Assembly (NCBI GenBank): GCA_030141605.1 | Contig: JAQGDQ010000050.1 | Span: 445,971-509,970 of the forward strand | Direction of reading: 5' to 3' | Length of the DNA: 64,000 nt | Source: Tubiluchus corallicola | Lineage: Eukaryota > Animalia > Priapulida | Shown here: piece by piece, positions 27,364 through 41,476 of the stretch | How the letters are laid out: every line of letters starts with the position of its first letter | Position numbering within the stretch: position 1 is the stretch's first letter | Position numbers and translations under genes: made by a program | The notes under the pieces: model-generated | Databases searched by the model: none | Told to the model about the DNA's origin: nothing | What the model saw: the letters and a program-made list of their open reading frames with translations, nothing else

Positions 27364-29784
27364 GTTCCCACGATCCTCATACCAGAGTTAGAACCAGGTT
27401 CACTAAAAGGAGTCAACCACTTCAGATAAATGACACTTTTTATCCAGGTCAGCAGGTAACAACGAATTCACTAACTTAGTGACATCTTTGTGAAACTAAG
27501 CTCAGGTCTAACCTGTTTTTCATTAATCATTCACAAATCATTTGGAACTTTTAAAAATAACTGCTGATTTTCATTCATTAATCAGAAGTCATACATATCA
27601 TTACACTAATTATAGGCCTATACGTTTGACTACATGCATAGGCAGTTAGTTAAAACATGAAGCTAACACATATGATGATAGTGATGATAATGATGATGAT
27701 GATGATGATATTGCTGCGCTAAGATACTGATTATGACGAATAATCAAATTCACTATAATTTAGAAAAAAATTAGTTGGCAAAATTTTACGTCCATGAGAT
27801 CTGCAAGTGTGACTGCTGAGGGTTTCCCATTCTAAATGGCTTAATGTACTCTCATGAATGAGTTAAAGATCAAGCGGCAAAGGTAAAGGAAGAGTAACAG
27901 GCCAAACGCCATAGTAGCAAAAAACTATATGCATTACTATATTAAACACTCAATTTAGCGGGCAAAACTGTGTCACTAGCAAAGCTTCGTTTACTAATAC
28001 AACTTACCTGCACAAAAAGCCACAAAACCAACTTGACATTTTGCACCAAATCCTTATTGCGTCAGTGCAACTGATGGAAACAATCTTCTTTAAGCAAGCT
28101 TTACTCCATTCCAGTTAAAGCTTGTTCTGTTAAGCTACAATTTCATAAACACGCGGTTTCAAAGCCTGATAAACCACAATCTGTTTTTCTAAGACTAGGT
28201 TGTTCACGGAAAAGCGTAAAAGCTATGTATGGCATATTCCCATGCATAATCCACAGCTGTTGTTCACAAGATAGAATAGTAAGAGAGCACTGTAGATCCT
28301 TTCATTTCCTCATTCGTCTATGATTTCAAAATTGTGGCTAGTTAGAAATGTTAAAAATAAATGCTTCAAGCAATCAGTTACAGCAATAATCCAATAAGAG
28401 CACGAAAGCAGTACTAAATAAGAAAGCCTGAAAATGTCTTACACCTCAACAAGGACTCGCACACAAGCCTTCTGTAAAAATCATTTGAAATCATCGGAAG
28501 CTTAGTTGCAACTCAACTCAACATGCGTTAAGTACTATAACACAGAATCACGGGAGTGGTTTATCACTTAATTTTCCAAAATAAATAAATACAGAATGAT
28601 AATCATCTTTCCATCTAAAGGCTGTAATTTGAAATAGACCGGTTCAAATTTCTAAACATCTTTTCCACGAATGACGCATCTTAAGCAGTTGGCTGATCAA
28701 AATTTTTGTTACCAGAAAAACTAATTTAATAATTAAAGTTCTTTAGTGCAGATGATATTTTTACATTGAGATTACGCATTGACAATAACGGCTGTATAGT
28801 TTGCACATTAAAGAGGTAATTTAAATTGATGTCAGAAATCTTCAGGAAGTCATGGAAAAACAGTTTTTATATAAGGAAAACGATTCCAGTATTGCTAATG
28901 ATATGCGATGTTAAGCAATTTATCACTTATCCAAATTATATCTTATGCGTTAACTTCATCACAGCCGGGAGACATCTATTCCATAACAGTTCATCCCCGT
29001 CATAACGCAACAGTAGTTTAATATTACTAATAATAAAACTAGACGTCCTAAATAAACTGAGCTACAGCTTTTGACAACTTCACATGTAAAAATGTAAAAT
29101 CACCTGTGACTTATATTTTTTAGTTGTTATAAGTCACACAATTGGATTTCACGATTTTCAATAATGCTTTTTTCCTGTGGTGGCTCTTACTAGTACACTC
29201 ACACACACTAAGTTTCTGCACATGTCCAACACTCGCGGTTGCGAATCTATTTACTAACGTTCCCTTACAGCGCAGATTCGAACAAATCTTTTAAACCTGA
29301 TCATGAAAGAAACACAACAAGAATAATTCCTTGTCGAGTCGCTCTGGTACCTGCAACGACTTTGAATCACAGACTTGCTCGCTGCTGCGGAATTTCATTA
29401 CGACTGGCTCAATAAACGACAACTCTAAATTATCGGCGAATAACGGCCGGTCACGTGTACAGCCGTCGACGAAAACCTTGCACACACTGTTACTCTTGCT
29501 ACACTACAGAACTGAAAGGAAAAATAGCCAACTTCACTTTTTCTGCAATATTGTATTATAACAGAAGTACAACAATCTCTAATAGCTGTTTTGCTATACA
29601 ATTATTACGAAAGTTTTAGCTACTAATATTAACGCAGTAGGTTTAGCAGATAGTATTGAGTTGCAGCAGAAGACTAGTAAACTTTGACAACTTTTGTATT
29701 GTACTACTATGACAGATTTCTTTATGTACTATATTTCTGAAACCAACCAGGTTTGGTGAAATAAACCTGTGAAACTTTAAAAAT

Positions 29785-30290
29785 TACTCGTGCACCATTC
29801 GAGTGTGGCTTCACGATGCGCTTAGTGCACAACTCGAGTATGTGGTTTCACAAAATGCCTCGTGTACCACTAGAGTGTGGCTCATACAGTGTGTTGTGCA
29901 CTACAAGAGTGTGGCTTCACAAAATGCCCCATTCACAATGTCGTTTCATCAAATGCCTCGTGCAACACTCGTATGTGGTTTCACCAAATATCACATGCAA
30001 CACTCGAGTGTGGTTTCAGCAGATGTCACATGCAACACTCGAGTGTGGTTTCAGCAGATGTCACATGCAACACTCGAGTGTGGTTTCACCAAATATCTCC
30101 CAAACAACTCGAGTATGATTTCACCAAATATCTCCAGCACAAACCGAGCGTGGTTTCACCGAATGTGTCATGCACAACGCGCGTATGACTTTACATAATG
30201 TCTCGTGTATAACTCCAGTGTGTCTTCACAAAATACTTCGTGCATGACACCAGTGAGGTTTCAGAAAAGTGCCTCGTGCACAATTCGAAC
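29785..30290. repeat. Minisatellite, 34-35 bp unit, about 14 copies
   Basis: Unit cactcgagtgtggtttcagcagatgtcacatgcaa starts at 30001 and 30036 with a variant at 30071, and degrades outward. Confidence 0.92.
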
Positions 30291-33200
30291 GTAGCTTTCT
30301 TCTCTAATGTAAATGATGCACTTCTAGTGTGTATACATTTCACCGCCTGCAAGGCTTTTTTGAACATTACTACATCATCTGATATAGTAAAATCATCATC
30401 TATCATCTGACATAGTAAAAGAAGTGTTCACCCGAAACAGATTCCAATTTTTCTGCCCTTGTTTTTACCGTGAGCTCCAGGACCAATTGTTTCTACACAC
30501 AGTTCTGAAAAGCATCTACTCTGGATTAGACGAAATTGAGTACTTTAATTTAATTTGTACCCTGGACTTCTCAAAAATTACTGAATCACTAAATAATTGC
30601 TGTGTAAATCGAATTATGGCACCGCTTACCATGACTTTCCTTAATGAAAGCGTTCTATACAGATCAATTATGTACGTAACGCGCAAACTGCTTGTTTAGG
30701 TTCGGCTGGTAATTCACTTACGTGGCAACAGGTTATTTAGGACAAGGTAATTTTCAAAGAAGTCTTCAATGCGGAGAAGTTTTGCAGAGAAAGAAATGTG
30801 TAGCCAGTTCCTTGTCGATTCATAAGGTATATTTAGACTACTTCTTCGCCAATTCCGTAACATAGGTTTGCATTTGTAGCTTGTACAAATTATAACACAA
30901 TCGAACATTACAAATCACACACACACACACACACACACATAGTTTAGAATCCAACGCATGAGACACATTGAGCGACAACGATCATATGCAATAGACATAG
31001 TTACAAATTATAATCCAACACTACATACATACATAATAAAAGATAACGAACATATTTTAGTACATAGTAACAAAAATTTACACACATTATACACAATGAA
31101 AAACAGCGAGTACAATTATAATAAACATAATTACCAATTCTAATGCAGATTCATTAATCATAAAAAAACAGAACAGCGTATAGAAAACGCGACTAGAGTT
31201 GTAAAATTACATCACCAACAGACTATTTATATACGGGCGAAAGACGAGTCATTCGAGATAAGATTTGCAAAAGCATTTATAGCATTGTTATCCCGGCTAG
31301 AGCATTGCAAGTTAATGTGATATCAAGAAAGTGAGTAATAAAGTGGTTCTTGCTTAAATGATATGCATTTTAGTATAAATTTAAAAAATTATCACATTTA
31401 AATGCAGCACAATAATGAAAGTGTGCACGTAACCTGTAAGCAAGCTTCCAAAAAAAAATTGAAATCAAATCTTAAAGTAGTTTGGTAGATATCCAGATGC
31501 GAATTAAGAAAATAAAAACCCTATCTCATCTTTCAAAGCTGGTTCACTGTATCGCCATGGTTGGTAGCACGTTCGCTACTTTGCTTGTAATCTGTCCCAT
31601 GCAGTAAAATGAGCGTCCTTAAAGAAAAGGCCAGGCCTTCTGGGAAGTTAGGCTTATTTGAATATTCGCAAAAAATGTTAAAAGGGTTTAGCAATAAAAC
31701 TGCAATAAGCGCCTCGTGTAATTAGTAAAATCAATTTAAAGTCGCGATCAATTCATGCTTGGGCACTCACATTTTGAACGCCCATTCTTCTTCCAATGAC
31801 GTTATTCGTCTTGAAGAAAAGTAGCTCACTGTCAATCTTCATCAAAAGTATAATAATTTTTTACGAAAACATTAGATAGCTGATTTTGTAACATTTTGTG
31901 TGAACATTAGGTAAGCTGCATACGTTTGAAGTAGTTTAAGCAGCGCGCGTACACGGAAAGCCACGGTGCGCTTACGAAAAGTCATGAATCCCCCCCCCCA
32001 GTTACGTCATTATTTTCAAACGAAATGCGGCAACCATCATGCCTGAACATTTGCATTCAGAGGTAGTATGCTTTACGTTCATGCGTTATAGAATGTTTTT
32101 TTTGCAAATTTCTTTTTTATATTTTTCTAAGTTTAAGTAGTAACTGTAAAATAAACTCAACAAACTGAGCGACTAGTTCCTTCCTTTAAGGTTCACTTTG
32201 AAACCCAAATAAAATATTGCATTTCATGTGAATGAATGTAGGCAGTGTGGTGTTGCGTCGCAACAAAAAGCTATAGTTTATTTATTTATAATGCCTATGT
32301 TGAAATGCGCAATGCATCATTCGATAACGCATCATAACAATATACGAAATATGAGTATTACAAGCAATAATCAGAGACAGGTAAAACCTTAATTTAAAAA
32401 ATTCAAAGTAAAATCACCTGAGTCAGCGAAAAAACAAATAAAGATTTCCGAAAGATATCCGATAAAAGAAAATAGATAATACAGGGTATTTTCGAATTTG
32501 CATGACATCTATTGGCACATCATTTCGCAGCCTTACCCTGCAACATATAACTACGATTGTTTGTTATACAAAGAACGTAGTAAATATTGAAAAAATGTTG
32601 TTATTATCATATGCTATTGTACTTCTGAGATTAACCAATAAAACGCGTCATCATTAGTGTTACTGAGTGATTGTATAGATGATTATGTAGATATAAGTGA
32701 TTAGATGATTACCTTATTTACCTTAAACCAACATGTCTGCAAAAACCGATATTAAATAATATCTATATGCCTTTGTATGAAGATGACTATGTGGTACTAG
32801 CAACTAGCCAAGTTGCTTAACTTATAAAATAGGATAGATAACAAGCTACTATAATGGAAACAAAAAATCATTTATATGTGCATAGTAAAAATATCGAGTG
32901 TCACTCTTTCTGGCACGCGATTAATTAATCCTCATCCTATCAAATTCTGTACAGAGCATGCTGTTATTGTTATTGAGATGTGTTTCTTTTAACACTTCAA
33001 CAGATCTTTTATAAAATTGACACAAGAATTGAGAAATCTGTCCGCAAGACAGGCAAACACAGCAGTAATTGAGCAAAAAAAATTAGATGCTGCTGTACCA
33101 GTGGTTTGTCAGCACCACTTCCAAGCATGAATGAATATAATGCAGTTCAAATCATAAACACAACACCATTGCTGAGGAACTACATTGCTGAGCAAATTAC

Positions 33201-36200
33201 AAATCATGCATAATAGAGTTGCACGAAATATTTTAAAACGTGACCCACGCAAACACATTTTCACCATACACAGAGAACTAAACTGGTTACCACTGGAATC
33301 CGACTGCAAATGCATATGACATGCTTTATGTACAAAATAAATTCTTTAAATCAACACTTTTTTGAATATTCGCATTAGTATCGAACCAGATCAGCCACAG
33401 GGAATGAATTACAAATGCCGAACATAAACTGGACGAGCATATCGTAACGTGTGGCAAACACGTCTAAAGTCTGTCCACACTGCTCAGTTCGGACATCTCT
33501 AACGAGATTAATTGAGATGTTTTGATTTATACTATTGTGGAACGTTCTCAAATGATATAAACAGAGTAGAAACGGCTTGTTAATGTGGTCAATGGAATAC
33601 GGAACTTAATCTAGACTTGTATTAGTGAGACTCCCAGCAAGTTGGCAGACGAAGTCAAGCAAGCTAGACTCACGAGGAAGTTGTAGCTACCATGTCAGTG
33701 GTGAGGCGAAGAGGAGGCGATCCGTGAGGTAAGCTGCCAGCGGCTGTCGGAACTTGGTGGAATCGAAAGACGGATGATATGGTATGAATCGATAACGCAT
33801 GGAATGGAATGTTGCACATACGTTTACAAAGTCTTGTGATGAAACCATTGTCGTGGAAAGGAAATGGAATGGTGACGCAGTTAACACCAGCACTGAGCTA
33901 GTACGAAACTGCGCACAGATACATAGAGAAATTAGTACTAACATTTATGACTGTAACTCAGTGTGACGTCTCACACATTTATTATTGTATTTCAACATGT
34001 CGTCTAGCATTGTACAATTGTTGTAAATAAGTAACTCATCATGATGTTTTAATCATTCGTTCTTTACTTTTATTTATCATTAGCTAGGAACTACAGTGAA
34101 GGTCGACAAAACACTAATAATATGCTTTTCGTGAACTTCCATTAGATTAAAAAAACCTTCAGTCTAACAGCCTAAAAACTCCCATTCTTTAAAAGCAAAC
34201 AAAAAATAACCAGAACCTTTTACAAGTTCGTGACAGCACTGCTTCATTTGTTTCCTTTATGTCTAAAAACAACTACGTGTGGTCCAATTGGATCCCTGTC
34301 TACAGGATATGATAAAAGCTCAACTTGTACTATTGGTCGAGGGATTCATTGAACTTGAGGCTATGGAACAAAAGTCTAGCTCCGCCATACTGCTGTGAAA
34401 TTTGTTCTACTATAACTCGCTCGGAGGTTTAGGTTTAGGCAAATATTAGTCTAAAAAGAATTTTGGTCATTTTCGCACTTTTTTCCTTCGTATTTAATGT
34501 AAGCACGGCCGCTTTAAAACTTAAGGATGATCAGTTCCAACTCATTTGACATTAACATTGCCGAAACAATGAACGACTGTTGACGCATGGCTCATGTGCT
34601 TCTTTTCGCTGCTTCAAAACTTGCGAGTTTACGAGCTCTTTGAGAAAATTTTGTTTGAAGGCATTATCTATTTACGATTGGAAGAAGAATAGATAAGGAT
34701 TTATTGTCAAGCCTCACCTCAAACGAATATTCAATGTCGGACTGAAAACACGGACAACAAGTGATTTCGCGCAGAAAATAACAACAAAAAAGCATGTTAA
34801 GCGACGCTGCGTGCTTAAACGTTAGATTTCGGCCACGCGATGTGAAAAATTGCTCACGACAGCAGTTAATTGGAGTTCTTCTGTTTAACGTATTCTCTCA
34901 ACTAAGATCAGAACACAATTCAAGGCCTAGAAAGCGAACTCATCAGAAGACATGATCATATGTGTAATGTAAGACACTTCTAATCCAGTTTCCAATGGAA
35001 AACTGTGGTAAGTATTACACAGACTGGTGTATCATTGGCATAGTTACCAAAGTTGACATCATGCAGAAAACTGCCCTATATAAACAAATTGCAATCTGAT
35101 GCAGCAGCTACTCATGCTATATGTGCCATGGATGAAAGCTTTGGATGCTTTAAGGACTAGTAATCTAGCCTCGCTTACGCGCTCACTAAACGTTATTAAT
35201 ATGCACGGAGCACATCAGCAGTGGGGCGTGAAGAGGGACAGCACGTGAACTAGTAAATGTTCATTTTGTCTGGCTTCAGAGATTTCACTGATGATTGCTA
35301 GGAGACCAACAAGGCCGCAATTCAATGACTCTGATTTCTCACAATTGCCTTTATACACACGAATAACTGAAGTTAGTTTCCACGAATACGGAAAACATAC
35401 GATAGTGATTCAGAAAATAAATGGTCTTTTCACGACTGAAAACAGTTGTCGAGAACAAGGCTAAATTCTGCACAATGCTCTCAGCACCGTAACGAGAACA
35501 AGACTAAAATCTAATATCATGTCGAAAACTTGAATTTAATTTTTGGTTCGTTTGTTTGTTTTCTGCTCACATAAGAAAGGAGAAACGTTGTATCACGCTA
35601 AATATTGTTTTCGAAAAGGTTTATCATTAATATCTGTTGTCCAATTTGGTGATTACTGTATATAGTGAATTAAACGAAGAAACAATAAATTAAAACATCA
35701 TGGTGTACTTATTTACAATTCCACTCAGCAGAAAATACAATTCATAATAACAATCTGGTGAAATATTACAAAGTAAAGTAGGGATATTAGCAGACATCAC
35801 AGCAATAACAGTTTACAATTTCAATATATCATTTTGGGAAACCTTATATTCCTTATAACGGGGACAGACTATACACCTTTCGTGTAGTGCACTTATTTGT
35901 GGGGAAAAACTATATCCCTTATAGCATTTGGGAAGAAACCTGTACGGTCTACTTTACGGCAAATGAGGTTTCTCCCAATCTCTTAATTTCTGCCTCGGAC
36001 TTATTCAGGCCTTATTCATTCAACACATTAAGTAGCTAATGAGGTGCTAAGTCAAGTTTTCTATTTACATACTTGTGCAATAGAACTATAGAAGTGATTG
36101 TGTACATACTTTCTTAGGTACTTTCTACAGTTATTTACATAAGGGAAATAGTAATTTGCTACTTCATAAATGTATGTCCGACAACAGTGTGTGGAACTTC

Positions 36201-36479
36201 GTCATGTCCAGAAGCTTTCCTTAACTTTAAGCAATTGTACAGTATGATACAAGCAATTTTTCTAGCATATACATATGCCAGTATATGGGGTTAGGGGGAT
36301 GGTGCAGAAATATCGGAGGGTGGCGTTCATCCTTAATTTCTCTCTAAAGCAATCAGTGTAGTTCAGCTTTGTCAAGCGAGGAAGAAAGAACGTAGGATGT
36401 GACTGAATAAACAAGGGGTAGTATAGTTACTGCAAATGAAAACTTTGACTACGCTCTAGAAATCATACGAACACAAGCG

Positions 36480-37075
36480 TTGGTTGAAAATTAAGTAATA
36501 ATTAATGAACAAAAGCCGTTTACGTTCCTAAGCCGGATTTAGAAAGTATGACCAAAAGCCCGTCTAGATATATGCCGAATATTAGAGGTGAAATCACTGC
36601 CCGTTGCCGTACTCCATTGGTGACAGTGACGTGCCTAGAGAGCACATTATTCCAGGATAGAGTTATCCTTTGATTGGTATAATTATTTAGAAGCAGGCTT
36701 ATTATTTTTGCCGGTTTACTACGGGCCAAAAGTAAGCTGAATAGTTTGCAATGGTGACTTTGTCGAAAGCTTTCGACGCAACAAGCAGGTTGCACTACAT
36801 AATGAAATTATTGTTTAGTACTTTGTCGTTTCTTTCAAAATCATGATACACATACTTGCAGACGCCAAATTTTTTAAACCTAAATTGCTGATCTGACATG
36901 TATAATAAATTTCGTATTTTTGTATTTTCAGCCAGTCGATGAATACGAAAGAGCTGTCCCCACGGTAGTTATTGCTGTCACGTCATAAGTCGCCATGATT
37001 ATCTTTACGAATTTGCGTTATAATACGAGAATAATAATAAAGTGTCAGATACAACATTGTAGGTAATACTTACAT
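36480..37075 (-). mobile_element. L2/CR1-group LINE RT fragment
   Basis: NNYRGTALS...QQFRFKK...SKAFDKV.HCKLFSLLL...NGVRQRAVISPLIFGIYLDGLL...SGLG, with frameshifts. Confidence 0.85.
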
Positions 37076-37091
37076 TAATCAAACTAGCGAG

Positions 37092-37400
37092 ACTGCACAG
37101 ACTAGCGAGTTTTCTCACCAAGTAACTCGTGAGTGTGTTCAGACTAAAGAACACAACTCGCTACGAGTTATTCTCCGACAGTAAGTGCGATCTGACAATA
37201 ACTTCTCTATTGGCTGTGAGAAGTGCCGAGGGTAGCACGCCGAGGTTTTCACACTAGACAGTAAATCAACTCACAGCAACTCACAGCAACTTTAGCAGAG
37301 TTTACAATTTCTTGCCGACAGTGACTCGCAAAGCAGTTCACACTTGTCAGTTTACTGTCAGAGAGAAAACATCAGAAAGAAAACTCGCTAGTCTGAACGG
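37092..37400. mobile_element. MITE, Harbinger-like
   Basis: Perfect 18-bp inverted repeat cagactagcgagttttct (37098-37115) / agaaaactcgctagtctg (37378-37395). Internal ttcacact/ttcagact motifs; no coding capacity. Confidence 0.75.
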
Positions 37401-37499
37401 TGTAGTGATACCTGTTACTGCTGTAGTTGCTGTCACTACCAGAGATGCTGTTTGGCAAGTTCTTGTTGTTAATGGTTATCAAAAATTATGAAAAATATT

Positions 37500-37975
37500 A
37501 TTTTTGTTAATGCCATGCTCGATGAAATCCCCCTCTCAAATTAAAAAAAGAAATATTTAGAGCATATAATTACCGACGGCAATACTGATGTGAAGACATA
37601 TTATATCAAGGCTCTTGGTTTCTGTGTTCATCAAACAAATTTATTCTGATGTTCCAAATGTTCATTGCATATTTTTCGGGAATATTTTGCAAATTTCTAC
37701 GGTATAGCCACCTAGTGTTTTTATAATTTGTACAATGTTCACAAATTAAAAGTTTCTTACAACATGTCCTTTCGCCAACTGTTCAACAAGCCATATACAT
37801 ACTTAAAGGTCCAGAAGCCTATATTTGGAACATAATATTGTCTATTTTACTGAACTACGCAAAAAAGCTACTATTCTTTTGCTTTAGATGTAGATTTGCA
37901 AACAGTGACAACTGTATTATCAAACAAATTGCAAGTAGTGATGCAAACCTGAACTCGCCTACTCGACATACAATC
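37500..37975 (+). mobile_element. L2/CR1-group LINE C-terminal fragment
   Basis: Decayed KYLEHIITD...EDI...FYG...KLKVSYNMSFRQLF...HNIVYFTELRKK...SDNCIIKQIASSD, matching the post-RT C-terminus of this LINE group. Confidence 0.6.
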
Positions 37976-39348
37976 ATTACTATTGTTTATGTATACATCC
38001 TTGTGTAAATTTTTACGTCTGCGCCGTTTTAGCACCTTTCAATTGTTTAATTACTTTTTTATTTTATATTTTATAACACGTATTTTAATTTTAATTTTTC
38101 ATATCACTTAATTATTTTAGTTTAATTTGTGTATGCCTTCTTCGTATGATATTTATTGTTGCGAACGACTCCATTCATTTTCACACTTCACTTCCACCAT
38201 TGTGATGGTTCGACCCATTCCGAGGGAAAAGCGAACAAGACAAGTTTCACGAACGAGTTATTTCCACAAATCTCTGTCTGCTTTTACGCAGCTGATCTGC
38301 ACTACAACACAGATCTGTAGAAAGTTTTTCATCCTGGCATTGAACCCGAACCACTTGACATCCGAAATAAGAGAGAACAAACCGATCAGGGGTAAGACCA
38401 GTCAGACCCCTTGGCGGCGAGGACCTAGCATTGTTGCAATATGTTTTTATGGGCTGCGTACTATAAGAATTAAATAAACAAAAATAATGCTGCTGCTCTG
38501 TGGCTTTGCATATTACTACAGCTATTAGTTTTCTGTTTAGTGGGTTTAATAGAACATTCTAAGCCGTGGTTATTATGAAGAAGTGAATAATTTAGTACAG
38601 GAGATATTTTATATTATATCGATTAGAAACTAAAATGACTTGAGGCAAAATCTCTCCCTAATTATACATATTGTACGAAGATTCGCTGCGGACGTGGGAT
38701 ACAGATTACTACTGAATCATCCAGATAATGTTATTCAGTGGAAGAAGCCTAGCAAGAGTGACTTCATAACGCAATTGATTCTTTAGTCTATCACTCTCAG
38801 CATGCACATTTAGAATGAAACCTAATTCGTGGTTTATGAGAAGCTTCGGTACTAATAGTATGCCGCAATGGACTCACTAGAATAGAAGGCGCAGGGCATC
38901 GTCTTGTCTTCAAATTACATGGCAGCAGAACATGAACATTTCTTTCTTAATTACCGGCTAGCTAAAACAGCATGCACATCTGACACTAACTGCTCATTAT
39001 TCATTCTAACCAGCTGCTTTTTGCGACAACTCTCTGGCATTTAGTATAACGTGTGATTTTTCAAGCAGAATAAAACAGCAGGCCTATTAAAATAGCGACG
39101 CAAACACGAGTTTCTCTTTTAATAAGGCAATTTAGGTTTGATGATGCAGAAGGTGTCCAATTTCAAACGTTCGGAAAGCCAGCAATAACCTTTTTAATAA
39201 GTATCCAAGAAAGGTTGAAATTCGACCACCACTTTGGGCGCCACCTACTCCCCTTTCCAGTGCGCATGCCACGGCGTCACGTAAAGCATTATTATCAGTC
39301 ACCTAACATCGTTTTGAGACCCGCCACCCTTAGTAGATTACCTTAGCT

Positions 39349-40128
39349 AGGCTGGCAATACGGTATCGTACCGTAATTCCGTGCCACGTTCATGTAGCAT
39401 CTACTATAATAATAGAATAATATAATTACAGAAAAACGTTGTACACCCTTCAGCATCAAGTAACAATCTGTCTGAATCTACTATAATCTGCAGTAAGCTG
39501 AATAACCTTACCTGCAGGTAACACATTCGCCTATACAAAAGAATTGTAGCTGCTATAGTCATTAAATACTTTGACCACACCTGTTAATGTGTTAGGTCGG
39601 TACGTCCCGAATTTCTTTTGTCGTCAAAGCAAACGTTTAACTCATGTGATATGCAATGATTAAATCGCTACTGTTTTGCACAGATCGGCAGAGTTCTAAG
39701 CATTCCTCATTAACGACATACATTCTTGCTTCAACAGAATCTGTATGGCTTGAAATGTGCAGTAAATTACTATACAATAGCTAGAAATAGCAGTTAAAAC
39801 AACGGGGTTACTTGAATTGGTGTCAAGCCTGGGAAGCAATCTTTAAACAAATATAAACGTGCTTTACGGGAAATGACAACTCCAGCTTCAAAACAACTTG
39901 TAGTTTGCAGTTTGCACTCAAAAAAAGCCAATTTAGCGGTCGGTTTTGTTTGCCTGTGCTCTGTGTTAATTAAGGGAGAACAGCAAGTCCCTCACCTGAG
40001 CAAAATAAATCGCCACACTGAGTTGCTGACCGATAGAAACGTTACAAGAAACTGGGGATAAATGGTACGGAAAAGGTAGGAAAAATGTACGAAAAAAATG
40101 TCGTAATTTCGTACCGTACTGCCAGCCT
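39349..40128. mobile_element. Non-autonomous DNA transposon (hAT-like MITE)
   Basis: TIRs aggctggcaatacggta / taccgtactgccagcct (16 of 17 match) with subterminal gtacgg/cgtacc repeats. No clear 8-bp TSD. Confidence 0.72.
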
Positions 40129-41387
40129 TGGCGTTATGCTACGACAGCTAGCAAATCTGTCCGATTCAATTTCAACACTCATAAGAACCTTACTTAGATT
40201 CCCAAATAACTGCCTTATTTATAACGGATAGAATAACAACTATGTTATTAATTATTTATTAAATTTATTAAATTTTGATGCAAAATTGGGAAGATGGAAA
40301 GTGGAAGCAGATTTCACATTTCCAGTGTTTCAAGTTTGATTATAATCTTGACATTAAGATTATAATAATAACTATGGTAAGATAATTAACGACAAAATAG
40401 GTGCAATTCAGCAACTCAGGCTATGCAAAAAATAATGAAAATAGACAAACGGACTTCAAACCAACAAATATGAAATTTATTGCTTGGTATGTTACTGTGT
40501 ATTTCTCAGAAGCCTTTTAAATGCCAAAATGTTGCAACACATGAATCTACGTACAAGACGTCATTATCTAAAGAGAAAACCAATGTTTTCAAGTGGAATG
40601 GAATATAAATTTTATATCTTTATAGTGCAATTTACCAGCTTTCAGTTGAACACGCTTAAGTTTTGAATCGTCTATATTTAGTGCATTGATGTGTTCAGTG
40701 AATAAGTTACACTCTTCAAATATTCACTGTCCGACCTTTTTAGTCAGAAATAACGCTTGTACCAAGAATTTGCCGCGTAATTACAATAGCATAAGAAACC
40801 CGACTAGGATGCCAGCCGAAGAGAAACAAATATCTTCATAGGGGAAAACCAGTTTTAAGACTGTTTCTTGTTAGAATGAATCCGAGTGCACTGATAAGCC
40901 AAGGTAGAACAGATATGGTCACGTAACTGAAACATACTTGGGCCAGTTTCAATACGATCTAAGGTCAATAGTAATACGCAAAATCATCAGAAAGATAATG
41001 TAGCCGGCAAGCTGCAATGTATACAAATTCATGGTAAAAGTACTAAACCATTTGTTATTTCCTGCTATTCTAACAAAACTGGAAGTGAAAATTTGCGACA
41101 AAAGAGACTTGCCAGATATACTGACAAATTGTGAAAATGCCACTAATAACCTGCCATTTTACACGAACGAATAACGGAATCCACGTTATCATTATACTTT
41201 GAAACGATGGAAAAAATTTTGGTGTTACAAAGCTAAACTATTAACAAAAACAATGCCCACGACCAAAATTACTTTAATGGTTCATGTATTATAATAGCAA
41301 CAATATGATCATGACGAAGACAACTACATTTGGGATATTGTGTTACCTTTTTATTGCGTTAAATGTCACATTTCAAAGTTTGCTTAC

Positions 41388-41476
41388 CTTGTAGGAATGT
41401 TTTCAATCATTTGTAACGCCCTTTTGAGCTTATGAATACTGAATTCTGCCGTCTGCTGACCACTGATATCACCGAT
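41388..41476 (-). CDS. GPSM2: GPSM1/2-like protein, TPR capping helix / linker start exon
   Basis: atttttacag| acceptor, aag|gtaagc donor, 89 bp, phase 0 to 2. Translates IGDISGQQTAEFSIHKLKRALQMIENIPT, resembling 'IGDRHGELTARMNVAQLQLVL' of AGS3/LGN. Confidence 0.88.

Noticed and set aside
29785-30290. CRISPR-like array (palindromic repeat with regular spacing)
   Set aside because: The intervening sequences are copies of each other rather than unique spacers, there are no cas genes, and the context is eukaryotic. The three overlapping ORFs come from the repeat.
30300-30410. MFKKALQAVKCIHTR resembling the GPSM exon end KLKRALQMIENIPTR
   Set aside because: Short match adjacent to a local duplication and the minisatellite, with no donor site; probably coincidence.
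36480-37975. Second twin-priming inversion (minus-strand RT plus plus-strand C-terminus around a MITE)
   Set aside because: The two fragments look like different L2/CR1-group subfamilies and the YADD region linking them is absent. Two independent insertions explain it more simply.
40949-41150. In-phase ORF just downstream of the last GPSM exon as a terminal exon
   Set aside because: The acceptor lacks a pyrimidine tract (gtaaaatggcag) and the peptide has no GPSM similarity; likely chance.
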